Of a DNA stretch of 64,000 nt, positions 1 to 15,170 are shown in pieces. Below the pieces are notes generated by a model. That model had not been told where the DNA came from. It did no database searches and was given only the letters and a program-made list of their open reading frames with translations. The stretch comes from Antedon mediterranea (Eukaryota > Animalia > Echinodermata), in assembly GCF_964355755.1 (NCBI RefSeq), contig NC_092670.1, positions 9,786,201-9,850,200 on the forward strand, read 5' to 3'. Position 1 is the stretch's first letter. Every line of letters starts with the position of its first letter. The translations under genes were made by a program, and so were the position numbers.

Positions 1-98
1 AAAATAACAATAAACTCATCTTAATAAAGATAAGCACATTAATTTGATAATGTTATCATTTTTATTTTTAAATTTAAGGCTTAAAAAATAGCAATTAA

Positions 99-543
99 CC
101 TTGTGTTGATGTGTCATTTTCATATTTTAACATAGAACCTTCATTGTCAATGTGAACACAATCTAAATGGAACTTTGTGTTGATGTGTCATTTTCATATT
201 TTAACATACTGTAGAACCTTCATTGTCCATGTGAATACAATCTAAACGGAATTTGTGTTGATGTTTCATTTTATATTTTAACATAGAACCTTCATTGTCA
301 ATGTGAATACAATCTGACAGAACTTTGTGTTGATGTGTCATTTCATATTTTAACATAGAACCTTCATTGTCAATGTGAACACACTCTAAACAGAACTTTG
401 TGTTGATGTGTCATTTCATATTTTAACATAGAATTTTCATTGTCAGTGTGAACACAATCTTAAACAGAACTTTGTGCTGATGTGTCATTTCATATTTTAA
501 CATAGAATTTTCATTGTCAATGTAATGCAATCTTAAACAGAAC
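99..543. repeat. Minisatellite, ~73-bp unit, ~6 copies
   Basis: Recurring ctttgtgttgatgtgtcatttcatattttaacatagaaccttcattgtcaatgtgaacacaatct. Confidence 0.95.
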
Positions 544-2725
544 TAGAATTAATTATGCGTCACGTAGTCTCGACAAAATAACACGGTTGAAATAATGATC
601 TCGACACTGAATGATTTCTATTCTCAAGTTTGTTCTTTATTAATTGTCATAAAGAGGAAATATTTCTACTGTATGTCAAAAATTATGCGCATGAAAAATT
701 TAAGTTTATGTATATGATTACAATTAGAATGATCTCATTAATGTCATATGATAAAGAGTAAATAAATTGACACTTAAATTCTAGTATTAAAATTTGCAGT
801 AATTTGTTCGATCATGAAAAAGAGTAAATGCACTGTAATTCTAGTTTTATTCTAGTCTTGCAGTAATTATTATTATTATTATTATGGGACTGTTGACTCT
901 TGTTGTAGTTACAGTAATCGTATTACTTTAGCAGTCCCTGACCAATTCATCTTTGTACATTGTATATTATGCTTTGTTGGTCAAATAAATAAATGAAATG
1001 AAATTAAATTAAATTAAACTTTATTTCAGATTTCTCCATATACAGTACATATAAAAATATAAAAATTTAGCAAAACATTCAAACTATATATAAATATAAA
1101 AAATAATGGGCAGCACGAAAAAACAAACTGAAACACTAATATTTTCAGTCATTTTGTAAATTCAGGATTCAGAATTTAATGATTTTACTGAATGTGACTG
1201 ATGTGTACGCTTACAAATGTACAGTACTGTATGGCTTTATTAAAGGGGAAATAAAGAGGAAATATACTAATGGCAGTTCATTACATTTGCAGGAATAATT
1301 TCATTTGTATAGTATTCAAAATTGTGACATAATAAAAATTGGAATTAATGATCTTATTTTGAGTCTAGCTCTAAAACCAACAATAGCCTTTCTGAAGCCT
1401 TTCTACTTTGCACGTAACATATTGTAATGAAAATTTTTTAACAAAGTAATATTATTATAATTCTTCTACAATCATCTAGAGAACCATGGCAGCCTAAGTG
1501 CAGTGTCTAAAGTTAGTGGCGTAATGTAGGAGGAAAAGCCCCCTGGTTTATGGCATTCCTGGGGCCCTTTAACCAACACTGTAGTTGCATTGAGGCTCAT
1601 CATGTTCTGCGGCCCCTTAAGCTCTGGGGTTCACTGTTACGCTACTTTGTCTAACATTATATTAGCACACTCTTTTTGAATAGTGTACTCAAGTTCTTTG
1701 CATGCATGCTTTGCATGCATGCATTGTATGGTAAAATATGATGGCATACTCTTTCGTCTATTCTGTGCCTGCTGTACACCTGGATAAACTAAAAATAGCC
1801 TTATCTCTCTAAAGAGAGGATGAATTACATTCAGTTAAACACCCCTATCTGATAATGGAACCGTATGCGAATCATACAGTACCTGTACCCTTCTAGTGGA
1901 TGTGTAAACTACTATGAACACCACTGTTGGTTTGTGTATTTTGTGAAAAAAAAGCTTAAAATTTAAAACAAATGTGAAACTGCAAAAGATTGAAACTTAG
2001 AATCAAAATTTGAATAAAAAAAACCATAAAAATAATTCGCCTAATAAAAATATTATTTATTTTGAAAAGCGTGGTTTATGGATTTATTTGCAACTTCCTC
2101 ACAGTTGAGCGGTGACACAGAATCCTGTTTTCGTAGGTTTGGTTATAGCCGCCCCCAAGGACGTTTCTGTCGTGAAAAATGCTTATTGAAGTACTGTAGC
2201 ATAGCAATAAAATAGATCTATACCAAAAATTGGGCCAAGCAAAACATCAGGGGTAATAAGATGCATATTTATAGGATAGAAATACTGATATTGAATCTAT
2301 GCAGAAACGCTTTTTGATTCAGAATTTTATTGAACTTCTAGTAATGCGATGCAATACATTGTCAATGTCTTGAATAATGAAGAATAATAGTTTTATGTTT
2401 GGTTAAATATAGATTAAAAAGGTGTAGATGAAATCATGGCTAAAAAAAAATGTTTAGATAATTGGACAAAATTCTACTAAAAGAAGAAATATTTCTTACA
2501 AAAAATGCTGCTTTTTAAAATTACAAATAAAAAAAATTCTGCACAGTAGCCGACAACTAGCCCATTGCTCTATAATAAAACTATACTACTATCTGTATCT
2601 ATTGACCACTATCCTCTTCAGCTACTTTGGTAGCCCATTGGTATAGGCCACTAGCCCATTGGGCAACCAACCTACCATTGTGAGTGATAAAAAAAGATAC
2701 AGTCGATCTTCCAATAAAGGACTAA

Positions 2726-2879
2726 AGCCCTGTCTATACTATTAAACTCTATGTGCCCATATATGGACATATCGCTATATATGGACATATCACTACCATA
2801 TTTGGGTACATCACTACCATATTTGGGCACATCACACTTCTTTTGTCAAACTAGTTTGATATACTGTATAGACAGAGCT
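2726..2879. mobile_element. Harbinger/Tourist-like MITE; related copies at ~17855-17990 and ~58851-58950
   Basis: TIRs AGCCCTGTCTATAC / GTATAGACAGAGCT after TAA. Internal repeats catatttggg/cccaaatatgg are shared with the other two copies. Confidence 0.7.
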
Positions 2880-5813
2880 TATGTATTTTTTTTAGTTGTG
2901 AGGATCCCAAATTCTTTTTTACTGTTAAATATATATTCCAGAAAATTATATTTGGCCAGCCCAAGGGTGCCTGGTACTGGGTGAGTTGATGGTATTATTA
3001 TACAGTATTGAAAAACTGAGCATTTTGTACTGTATGTTCTAATACTAGTATGTCATAGTTATAATGTACTTGTATGCTTACGTCAGGATGTCTACAGTCT
3101 TGAAATATCAATGAACATTGATACATTAATTCAGCATACATTTAACATATCAATTTATGTGAAGTAGCCTTCCATCAATATGCATCAAAGCCTACTTACG
3201 GTAATGTTGTTAAAGTGATGTAACAGAGCACATTATCATTATTGCATGCAATTTCCAAATTAAAATTAAATGATATTTGACTAGATGCTTTTAATATTAA
3301 AAAGAGAATGATGATTTTGAGCATGAATGATTGAAGTAATTTTGTCGTTTGCAACCCTTCTTTTTCTGATGTAGCCTTGCACTGGCTTGTTTCAGGAATG
3401 CTTTTATAAACACCAATAAATGTAGAAAAAAGGGTTGGAGTGGATGTTAAAAAGCTGGTAATGAAGATGACGATTTTTATTCAAGAGACTTGGGAAGCCA
3501 TGTTTTATGGTTCAGAAATTCAATCCAGGGCAGCTCTAGCCATGCATTCAACCATCACTTATAGTAAGTCGCCAATTACCTGGGGCACGAAAACAATCCT
3601 TCCGTCTGAGAATTCTTAGGTAGACATCCTTGCATAAAGACGATTTACCTTTGAACTAAACATTTTATTTTAAATGCTTTTACTTTAATTCAAATGGACC
3701 TGCTCTTTAGTGACCAAGCATGTATCATTGTTAGATGCACATAATTTAAATAGCACAATACACAATAAAGATTGACCCATGTCACCAGGATTTGATGTGG
3801 CTACTTCCTAAAGGTCAAATGTCAGTGCTGCCATTACCCACTTCTATCCGACACACCCATCACTGTATACTATTTGGTGTAAAGAAGTCATGTATTGGCC
3901 TTATTTAGTCTGATTCCAAGAAAATAGGACTACACCACCAGTCATTTACTTACGTTATTTATTTATATATCTTCGTTGCAGAAACATACCCATGGTCGGA
4001 TGCCCTTTCTCAATAATTTAATGATTCTGTTTATAGCTTCCACTGAAAAATTACTGCAGTAACTATGCACTGCAGTAACTCTTTTAAGAAATTCTTAATC
4101 TTCATGTATAAATAATTGCAACTCTTAAACACTTACACTTTCTGTGACTCACCGTTCTTTCATCGATCGTACAGTAGTAGCTAGTGGACAGTAAAGTAGA
4201 CTATTTTATGCAGAAATTAAAATCTACTTTACTACAGTAACAGATACGTAATTATAAAGCAATTATTAATTCTAAATTATCAAATTTACCTGTGATATGA
4301 GATGGCTACTGTACATCATAAACATTGCACATTAGTTCTAAATAGATAAAATTAACATTCAACACAGGTTAAAAAAAATGGTATGGCAGCCGCATGTGGT
4401 GTAGTCTGCTAAAATGTGCTTTGCGTATTTTATAAATTTATTTCGACAATATTTTATGAGGGTGGTCCCTCCAATAACAATTTATATAATTAACTATCAA
4501 TTTATATAACACAATTTTAAAAGGGATTTCAAATAAAAATTGTATAAAATTAATTGGCCATGCAAGATAAAATGTTTGTGAGAACATATTTGAAGAAAGA
4601 ATGAAGCATGTCAGATATCAGAAGATGGTCTCCACCAGAAAGTTATGTGTACAGTATAGTTCAGTTAAATCTTTTTTTTATGTTTGCATAATTTTAAGCT
4701 GTACGAAAAATCTACAGCCTACAACAATCAAGCCGTCAAGAAGACCTTGCAGTGTTTTGTACTCTGGGTGAAATCGAGAAGCCTTATTGATTCCCAGGCC
4801 AATATTCTGTCACGTTTTGCAGTATGTCTAGTCAGCGATCATAATGCCTCTGTATTTTAATGAATCTTAATTTGTATTGATTTAAGGTTAAAACGATGAT
4901 AATGAGATTTATTACATGCCGTAATGGTAGCTTCCATGTGATAATGGCGGAGATTAAACACGCCTAATGATCTAGTCCAGGTAAATAACCCATAGGGGTG
5001 TTCACAAGGATGGGGGTATCGACCCACGATAATCTTCACATTTGGATATTAGATTTATAAATGTGTTCAGAATGTCTTTTGAAATGTGATGTACTTCATC
5101 TCCTGTATTCTTCACTGTACAATAGAGGAAGAGCAGAAGAGAAAAAAAGTTGTTTCTAAAGAATTGTTAATTGAAATGTGGTGTTCGCCTTCTCTTTATA
5201 CTTCTTGTGCCTTCCTGGTTGAATAGGTTAAGAAGATCTATTGAAATGTAATGTTCAATTTCCTTCAACTTTTTGCTCCTGTATTCTTAACTGTTAAAAG
5301 ATGAGGGATGTGTTCTTCTCCCCTCACATAGTTCCTAATTGTTCATCAATCGTTATTCAGCTCTATTGGTCTTTAATCTTATTATTCTTATTTTTATTGC
5401 AATACAGTAAATATTTACCTTTATGTTTTTCTTTCATCTCAAAAATGTTCAATTCTTTGTGTTTTTTGTTAACATTAACAATTACATCTGAAAAAACACT
5501 TGGTGGTAGCATTTCAAACACATTCAAGATAATATATTACCCTTGAACATTTGGGTTAAATAGTAATTTACAAATTATTAATAAATTATTATTCAACACC
5601 TTTACATAGAATCATCATGACCTTTGACCATGTTGTTACTACACATGTAAACACAACAAGTATTATTGATTATTTTAAGTAATTATTTTAGCAATTATTT
5701 TTGCAAATGCATGTCGCTATGGTAAGTAGAGTTGACCTTTATATTTAAAGATAATTATGCTTTAAAGTCAGATCATATTCATTTTGAATGGAAAACATAA
5801 TTGTTAATGTTAT

Positions 5814-7307
5814 GTGTTTACTATACTGTGTTAAATTGACCCAGATCCGTTGACATACTGCACAGTATAGAACTACTGGTGTTTACTATACTGTGTTAAA
5901 TTGACCCAGATCCGTTGACATACTGCACAGTATAGAACTACTGGTGTTTACTATACTGTGTTAAATTGATCCAGATCCGTTGACATACTGCACAGTATAG
6001 AACTACTGGTGTTTACTATACTGTGTTAAATTGATCCAGATCCGTTGACATACTGCACAGTATAGAACTACTGGTGTTTACTATACTGTGTTAAATTGAC
6101 CCAGATCCGTTGACATACTGCACAGTATAGAACTACTGGTGTTTACTATACTGTGTTAAATTGACCCAGATCCGTTGACATACTGCACAGTATAGAACTA
6201 CTGGTGTTTACTATACTGTGTTAAATTGACCCAGATCCGTTGACATACTGCACAGTATAGAACTACTGGTGTTTACTATACTGTGTTAAATTGATCCAGA
6301 TCCGTTGACATACTGCACAGTATAGAACTACTGGTGTTTACTATACTGTGTTAAATTGATCCAGATCCGTTGACATACTGCACAGTATAGAACTACTGGT
6401 GTTTACTATACTGTGTTAAATTGACCCAGATCCGTTGACATACTGCACAGTATAGAACTACTGGTGTTTACTATACTGTGTTAAATTGATCCAGATCCGT
6501 TGACATACTGCACAGTATAGAACTACTGGTGTTTACTATACTGTGTTAAATTGACCCAGATCCGTTGACATACTGCACAGCATAGAACTACTGGTGTTTA
6601 CTATACTGTGTTAAATTGATCCAGATCCGTTGACATACTGCACAGTATAGAACTACTGGTGTTTACTATACTGTGTTAAATTGACCCAGATCCGTTGACA
6701 TACTGCACAGTATAGAACTACTGGTGTTTACTATACTGTGTTAAATTGATCCAGATCCGTTGACATACTGCACAGTATAGAACTACTGGTGTTTACTATA
6801 CTGTGTTAAATTGATCCAGATCCGTTGACATACTGCACAGTATAGAACTACTGGTGTTTACTATACTGTGTTAAATTGATCCAGATCCGTTGACATACTG
6901 CACAGTATAGAACTACTGGTGTTTACTATACTGTGTTAAATTGACCCAGATCCGTTGACATACTGCACAGTATAGAACTACTGGTGTTTACTATACTGTG
7001 TTAAATTGATCCAGATCCGTTGACATACTGCACAGTATAGAACTACTGGTGTTTACTATACTGTGTTAAATTGACCCAGATCCGTTGACATACTGCACAG
7101 TATAGAACTACTGGTGTTTACTATACTGTGTTAAATTGACCCAGATCCGTTGACATACTGCACAGTATAGAACTACTGGTGTTTACTATACTGTGTTAAA
7201 TTGATCCAGATCCGTTGACATACTGCACAGTATAGAACTACTGGTGTTTACTATACTGTGTTAAATTGACCCAGATCCGTTGACATACTGCACAGTATAG
7301 AACTACT
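5814..7307. repeat. Homogeneous 65-bp tandem array, 23 copies
   Basis: Unit gtttactatactgtgttaaattgaYccagatccgttgacatactgcacagtatagaactactggt. Only a C/T dimorphism and one singleton change (6581) are seen. Confidence 0.99.
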
Positions 7308-9164
7308 ATAATGCTTTGTTCTCAACAAATTTGTGCTTTAAAGGTTTTATAATCATATTAAAATAATAATAATAATTATTCTGTTTTTCCAATTCCATTA
7401 CATGTTCTTCCTCATATGTGTTTTTAGTGTTGAGACTACTTAATATCACAAACCACTTTCCCTAAATTATCAACAGCAAATACTTCCTTCCCACAAACAA
7501 AACTGAACCAAAAAGACGCACACCAACAGCACCCCTGAGTGTATTGAAGAGTGCAATTTGTAGCACACCTACAATTTTAAAAAGACGAGCGCCTGCATCT
7601 CATGATAGGTATTGCATTTTCTCAAAATGTTATACATTACATCAATACATCCACAAAAGGCAGAGATAAAAGGTAAAAGTTAGATACTTGCCTAACCCCT
7701 AATCTTCCATGATACAGGAACCACATGTCATACACATGAGATTTATGGAATTTGTCCATGATTTTGGAAAAAATGTCATAACGTAGGGATACAGCACTGA
7801 GAATTGTGTGTCTGTGACAGTGTCAGTGCTCACTTAAATTATCTACATAGTCTAGTAGTGAACCCTGCTCTACATAATTAGAGATAATACTAATAGGTTG
7901 GCTATCTAATTAGTAAGTGTACATTTCTGTGTTGTATCGGATTCCAGTGCTTAAACCCGTAATCCCTGCACCGACCGTTGTGTTTCTGGATTGTTTATCG
8001 TACATTATGTGATTAGAAGGTTTTTCTGTTACTACTGTTCACGATAGGCCGAAAATCAATTCAGTAAAGCAGTCTTTATGTTTATCAAACATGCTTAGCA
8101 AAAAAATCATCTTAAACTTTGTTTTAAATCAATAATTTGTTTTAAGTAAAAAATTTAGATTATTTATTATTTGGTAAACATTTTCTAATATTATTATACA
8201 TTTTATATTTAACTGTTCAAATAGGACTTTTTCAATTTGAGTGAAAGTGGACAAAGTTCACGTCCGTTCACTAATATTTATAATTAGTTAAAACATTCAT
8301 AAAAAAAACATTAATTAAAAAGAACAAAACAATTATAAACATTTCCTCATCATAACCATTGAAGTCATCAAAATGATAAAGACTCGATCTGAATTTTATT
8401 ATAAAATAAGATTGTTGCTGAGGGTTCATGAAATGATATTTAGAAATATGTAAAGTTTCTGGTATAATAGGAAGTGTAATAATTTTCATTGTAGAGTCAT
8501 GGCGTAATCTCTGCGACTACTACGTATGTTTGTTTGTACAGGCCGTCAACTTGCAAATGCTATTTACACTACCTCAAGATCTATGTGTATTTTGAATACT
8601 TGTATTAGAAATTGAATACAGAAAGCAATATTGGAAGGGTAGATAGATATAGTGTGATTATTATTATGAATTTCAATGTGTCACTCTGAATGAAAGGAAA
8701 ATTTACCTTTAATATCGGATTGCTTGTCATGTCTAATATAATAAAGAATTTGATTTTGATTTAATGAACGTGTTTATTGTCATCATCATGTCTACTTTCC
8801 ATCTTTGCTTCAGTTTGTTTACAGTCGAGGGTTCTGTTTCCGCGGCAAAGAAAACATGGTTAAATAGTAGGCAATCATTTTTTTTAATATCGCGATGAAA
8901 GTATAAGCCCAAAAATGAGGACACCAATCCAAATTGAAATATTGCTTTTGTAGTTATAACATTTAAGGTGATAAAGATACTATTAACTACAGTATCATAT
9001 GATAGCAAGGCATCAATTTATCTTATTGGTCTAATTCATATAAAAATCTAAATCAAAAAATCTTTTAAATACAATGCAGTTTAAAATACAAAAAAATGAA
9101 TAATAAACATTATCATACTCTTTGTAGTAACCCATTTTATTTTCAACAGCAAGTATTACTTAAA

Positions 9165-9357
9165 ATTAGGTTCTAGACCAGTTTGTTGACTCCCAATTTG
9201 CTGACTTCAGTTTACCTAATCCCAGCTTGTCTAATCCCAGTTTACTTAATCCAAGTTTGCCTAATCCCGGTTTACTTAATCCAAGTTTGCCTAATCCTAG
9301 TTTACTTAATCCCAGTTTGCCTAATCCCAGTTTGCCTAATCCCAGTTTGCCAACTGC
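9165..9357. repeat. 15-bp tandem repeat (cccagtttgcctaat), probably subterminal repeats of a DNA transposon end
   Basis: About 10-12 imperfect copies. Explains the spurious GLGKL/NPSLP ORFs. Confidence 0.85.
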
Positions 9358-12300
9358 CATGAAAATGAGTGTGATCAGATTTCTAACTATATTAACAATT
9401 TTATATTATTAATAATAAGCTGAGAAAATGTTGCATCGATGATGGCACGGGATGTATATTTAATCATAATAGGAAGAGTTGATTGTACTTTCCTAAAGTA
9501 CAATATTTGACAATTTTTTTTTTCATGCATTCCTCTTTCAGTCTATTATATTTTGTTATGTATGAGAATCATTATCTCATTAGCACACATCAAGACATTT
9601 TGATAACACATTGTGATAATTTCCAATTATTTAAATTAATTCATAATCTAATAAATCAAAATAATGTGTTAACTATAACTATTGATTATATACTATTCAT
9701 TTCTGACGATTTGGCATTTGTTTTGACTTTAATGTTGAATTAACATTTGTAACCATAACATATTTATTTTTTTATTTATTACTGGCATTTGCAAAGACCT
9801 GTCCCCAGAGCCATATAAACCTTCGCAGTACAATTTTGGTAATTTTGATACCCTTGTGTATAGATGTGTGTATCATGAAAAATTTATATAACAAACAATT
9901 ACGAAAACATTAAAATTACACCTTAGTGATACGATGAAGAATATAGAATATATTTGACATTAGTTGATAATATTCAAATACTCAAATATGCATACGGCTA
10001 CAAAGTTATAGTGTATGTAATTGTATCATTTAAATTATTAGTTGAGAAAATCCAATATTATTAATTTAAGAGATGTAATATATTCATAGTTTTATGTATA
10101 CTTGCTGTACGTGTAATTGATTTGGGAAAATAATAAAGTAAAAATATCCACTGTGAATACATAGTATTAGCGATGAATGTTGTATATTATTATTAGTATG
10201 CAGATACCATACAACCTTGAAAAGAAGGTGTCCCAACCTTTACCCCCTTCTCCTCTGCGTTTTGCAAAAGTAATTTTGGAAAAAGACCATTTCAAACGGA
10301 AAGTAGATTTTCTTTCACTTGTACCTTCCCTTTTCATAATGATGATCTATTGTCCCTCAAAAAACATGAAAAATTAAGATTAATATCAGACTTTATAGTT
10401 TTATTATATTACTTATTAAATTGCATAGAAAAAAATAATGATTTCAATTATAAAAAGGCAAAATAAACAGTTAATTTAACTGACAGACTTTCCTTTACCT
10501 CTGTTTTTAGGTAAATCATTTTCAATCTAATTTTTGGTCAAGGTGACGTTAAAATAGCATGTTAAAAAAAAATGTAGACCTGTGCATTATTAAATTTGGT
10601 GTCAATTTGTTACTAGCCCACATAGATATATGGGCTAGAAGCGTGGGTGTATTTCTTATCCTTAATGTTGGCAAGGATCATTTGCTGCTGGATACGTACT
10701 GAAGGACTGATTAGTGTTTTGAGACTGATAGCATCCAATTCCATAATTATTCAGTAGCCGTCGTATAATATATGTATGATATTAGTTAATGCTGAATATT
10801 TAGTTTTCTAGATTAGATCGTACTTAGTTTAAAAGTTATCGCCACATGAATCAAATAGGCAATTTGTTTTTAATTTACGATATTTAACCCTAGCTCTACA
10901 CGTAGCATTAAAAGCACACTTCATGAAAATGATATTAAAAATATGATAATGCAATATGCTGTTCAGTTGGATAGAAAATTGAAGAGGAAGGATGGCTCTA
11001 GAGACCAGGTTTAATTAACATTTAGCATTACTACACGTAGCTCCTTAGCGGCTTACTGTAATCTCACTATATACTGACTATTATTACCACCTCTGTACTG
11101 CGCTGGATAAATTTCTGTCTTGGATATAGTGGTACTAGCCAATCAGGTTGTCTGTATCATATCTAATCAAGATGATACATATAACAGTTAGAGTGTCGTC
11201 CATACATTAGAAACACCTCTGTACTATTATTAAATTCATAATACTACAACTATAAACTTTAAACTTTATTTGAATATCGTCTGTAGAATTGTTCTTGCAT
11301 TTAATACAATACAAAAAGACAACATTTACAAAAATAAATATTACAACAAATTAAAAAAATTTGTGAATAGAATTATTGCGAGATAATTTAAAAATGATTC
11401 TACTCTAAAATTGTTACTGAACGTATACAGTCAACAATAAAAAGTGTGATGACATTGCATATAGCTTTAGTTTAGAATTTAAAAGAAAATGTAGTTTACT
11501 GCAGTAACTGTAGGAGAATAATTTTAACATGGTTCCTTTTCCTGAATGTTATAGCCTTCTAGACTATATGGTATTATTATTATTTTAAATCATATTGTAC
11601 AGTAAATATTATTTGGTATATTATTATTATATTCAATTATGACCTGTTAAATATTCTATTTCCATTTAAAGGATTAATATTTTATTTTAATAAAATTTCT
11701 CAACAAATAGCAATAAGGTTTTAGTATATTAAAAACAGTAGATCAACAAGATAAATTTAATAAAGATTAACACCGCATAGCGTTCAGTATTAATAGTGAA
11801 ATTGACCAATCAGGATGTCCGTATCATATCTAATCGAGATGAGGTATGCACTGCATAAGTGCATGTTTTGTGGATGTATTTTTGTTACTATCTCTATTTG
11901 ACATTGCTAAATGATGATGCATGTAATTTTGTTCATGCTTGATTTAGCTCACCTTGGAAATTAAAATAAATTCTATATTATAAAATATTAATTCATTTAA
12001 TATTAATTATTTATTTTTAAATTTTAATAAAACATGGCAATAAGTACGTTCTGTGATTTTACTATGAATTATAAATATTTTAAAATATTGAATTTAATAA
12101 TACTGTACTGATCGTCGAGTAACACCACTACTTTGAAAATTCTATGAATGTTTCCAAAAAATGAATGAAAAATGTATTATTATTATATATAATGACTGAT
12201 TATATGCTGATGAATATTTAATATTAATAATATTTTAATTCCTTTTTTCATTTTTTATTATTTGCTTTATTATTTATTAATTATTTTATTTATTTATTTT

Positions 12301-12837
12301 TGTTTATGCCTAACGTTTCTTAATTGTTTAACAAAATAAATTGTTCAAGTTACGAAAAACCAAAATAAAATTAAAATTTTTTTCATAAACCTTCCACTAT
12401 CACATTTTAAAGCCACAATATTCTAAGTATTTATTAGCAGTATTGAAATTAGAAATTGTGCCAATTTTTTCAGGGTGGATAAACTGGTTTTAATAAAATG
12501 TTTTATGCTTTAAAACTATAAAGTCTTAAGGCTATAGGGAGTGGAGTTGAAAGAGTTGTGAGTTACAATCTGTAGCATTAGGTCAGGATTGAACCCTGGG
12601 ATTGGAAGGCATGCATGTTAACCACCAAGATACAGCTCCTATACACTACCGGCACATCCCAATTCGAAGTGAACCTCTATTAACACTATAATGTGTTAGA
12701 GGTATAACGGTTCCACTATTATTCTATTTATGTTGTTGTATCACAATAACGAGAATAATATGTTAAAAGCCTAAAATATTTTGAATCCTGCATGTAAACA
12801 AGAAATATTTCAGTAGAAAACATTTTGTGTATAGTCA

Positions 12838-13015
12838 GGCTAGACATTCTCTTCCCAGATTTTTTTTAATCGAGCAGCATGGACCTATAAATTGGTTGAG
12901 TTTACAAAATTCCAAAAATGTCAGCCGTAGATATAGCTTTCGCGATGATAAAACTTCTTAATGAATATGTCCTCTGGGAATATATCTGCCTAGAAGCGCG
13001 GCACGAAAAAACAAT
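12838..13015 (+). repeat. Unclassified dispersed repeat; second diverged copy at ~20468-20640
   Basis: Colinear shared blocks ttcccaga, cagcagc, tgtcagcc, aatgaatatgtcctc and gcggc.cgaaaa. Confidence 0.75.
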
Positions 13016-15170
13016 TGACAATGGCATACATGGTTTTTGTTTAGTGATGTACAATTTACTGTATCAAATTAATATTAAATATAGTTTTAATGATGAGTAC
13101 AGATGTATGGAATATATATCTAAAGGCTGATTAATGAATAATATAATAGTGACCAGAAGATAATATGATAATTAATTTTTAATGAATCATCTACCGTGAT
13201 ATTCTATATTTAATCTTAGTTAAACAAATACGTGTTTGTTTCAGCTGTTTTGTCTGATCGGTGCACAAAAGATGTCAATCGCGGCCAAGCTTAGAATGAA
13301 CTTGCGAATCGATGTCATTGATTATTACAGCAATGATACTATGTAAACACAAGTATTAACCCTATTACATCAAAGTGTGCGGAACAATAAACAAGTTTTA
13401 CACTCTCATCAGATACTATAGCAAGCACTTTCAAATTCAATCTCCGCCTGTGGTATTTACTATTACTCAGATAAAGGTATTTATTCTGGTCCTCCTTAAA
13501 CTGGAAACTGAGAAAATTCAGATTAGGCGGTCAGCACAGCACAGCGCCTACTGGATCTGCACACTACTTTTTTTCAAATACTGTAGTGTGCTATTGTTCC
13601 AATGTACACAATGGCTTTACATCCCATCTGAAGGACAAGGCAATAATAATTTTCAAGTCAAACTATACTTCTCCATTCAATGAATACATTATTATTGCAC
13701 CTGTGAATTATTTCTAGGGCCACTATAGGTTCCTAAAGCCAATTGCACTGAAGAGTGGTAATAATAATGTGCTTGTCCCACGTAGAATCGTGAAACCGCG
13801 TTTTGTTTAAATGGTCAAGAAATAACATAGATTTTATATATTTTGTTTTGAAAAATCGTGAGAGAAACTGTTTTTCACAATGATTCTATTTTATCAAATA
13901 CAGAAACAAAATCATAGTTTTTTTTGTGATAGATTTGTACCTTCGGTCTCATTTATTGAGTGCCATTTTGAGTGTTGAAATGGCCAAGAAAATAGTGGCG
14001 CTATATTACATTTTGGCTATGAAAAAAAAAAAAGCACATGATCCTGTTTCATATTTCCTGCATCCGCGTGACAAATTAATTTGTTGCATCGCACATTCAT
14101 TATGACTGTGAATCACTGTGGCACGTATTATGGCATTGATACACTCAGGTGTGTTATAAGTGATGATAATTATTACTACTACGAACAAGAACTAGTTTTA
14201 CGTCAGGGAGTTGATTAGTCATATGATTGCCAACTCTGACGTAATTGTACTGAATACCCAGTACTATGCATTTAAGAATAATTGTGACAACCGGTTCTCA
14301 ATACTGTTTCTCCACATATGACAATATTTGTCCATTGTCATAGGAAAATTTCATAATACAGCATCTCATGTGCATCACATGTGATACCTGTATCATAGGT
14401 TGGTTTAGATAGGGTCTATGATCTACAATATGCTATAGATATGAAAATGGTAATATACTACAGAGATAGAAACTACGGATAATTATTATTTGGCCGGGAG
14501 TTGGGAAACCCACAGAAAAACATATTATAGTTTAAATGGACATATACACAGCCTACACCATGACAAAGCCTCATGCTTCCGGGTTTTCCACCGATCATGA
14601 GCGTCAAAACGTAGTGTGTTGGTCACCAAGCAACTGCAATATTGTCAAGTCAGAAAATCATTCTGCACATGCTCAGAAAATCAATCTGCACATGCAAGTC
14701 TTATCTACTGAAATTAATTATAGCAAATTGAAAACTCCTAACAAAAGCTTTTCAAGGTCGATTTTATCTAGATAACATTATGCCATGATTTTAGCGATTT
14801 AATTTCCAAGAACTAATTATGGTTATTTTTAGAATTATATTTGCCAAGGATTATGACAGAAGGTTAATAACCTCTAAAATTGTAGAATATTACAAATAAA
14901 ATCAAAAAGATTTAGACACAGATTCATGTCTGCACACAAAAAGCTTACTTTTGCGTACTCTACGTACTATTATTAATATACGAAACAAGGCTTTTGTATA
15001 CATTAAACTGAAATTTGATATTTTTAATTTTATACCGTATTTATTCGAATAATATTATTTGCCCACGCATGTATTGTTCATGAGAGTTTTAAGGGAGCGT
15101 TTATTCAAGGGAGGCGTTTATTTTTTTGGATGTAGTTTGGTAAAACATGTAATCAAATAGATACCACTAG

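Noticed and set aside
5814-7307. CRISPR-like regular repeat array
   Set aside because: Units are contiguous with no unique spacers, no cas genes are present, and the context is eukaryotic.
9166-9412. Pentapeptide-repeat ORFs (GLGKL/NPSLP)
   Set aside because: Produced by a 15-bp DNA tandem repeat open on both strands, with no splice or gene context.
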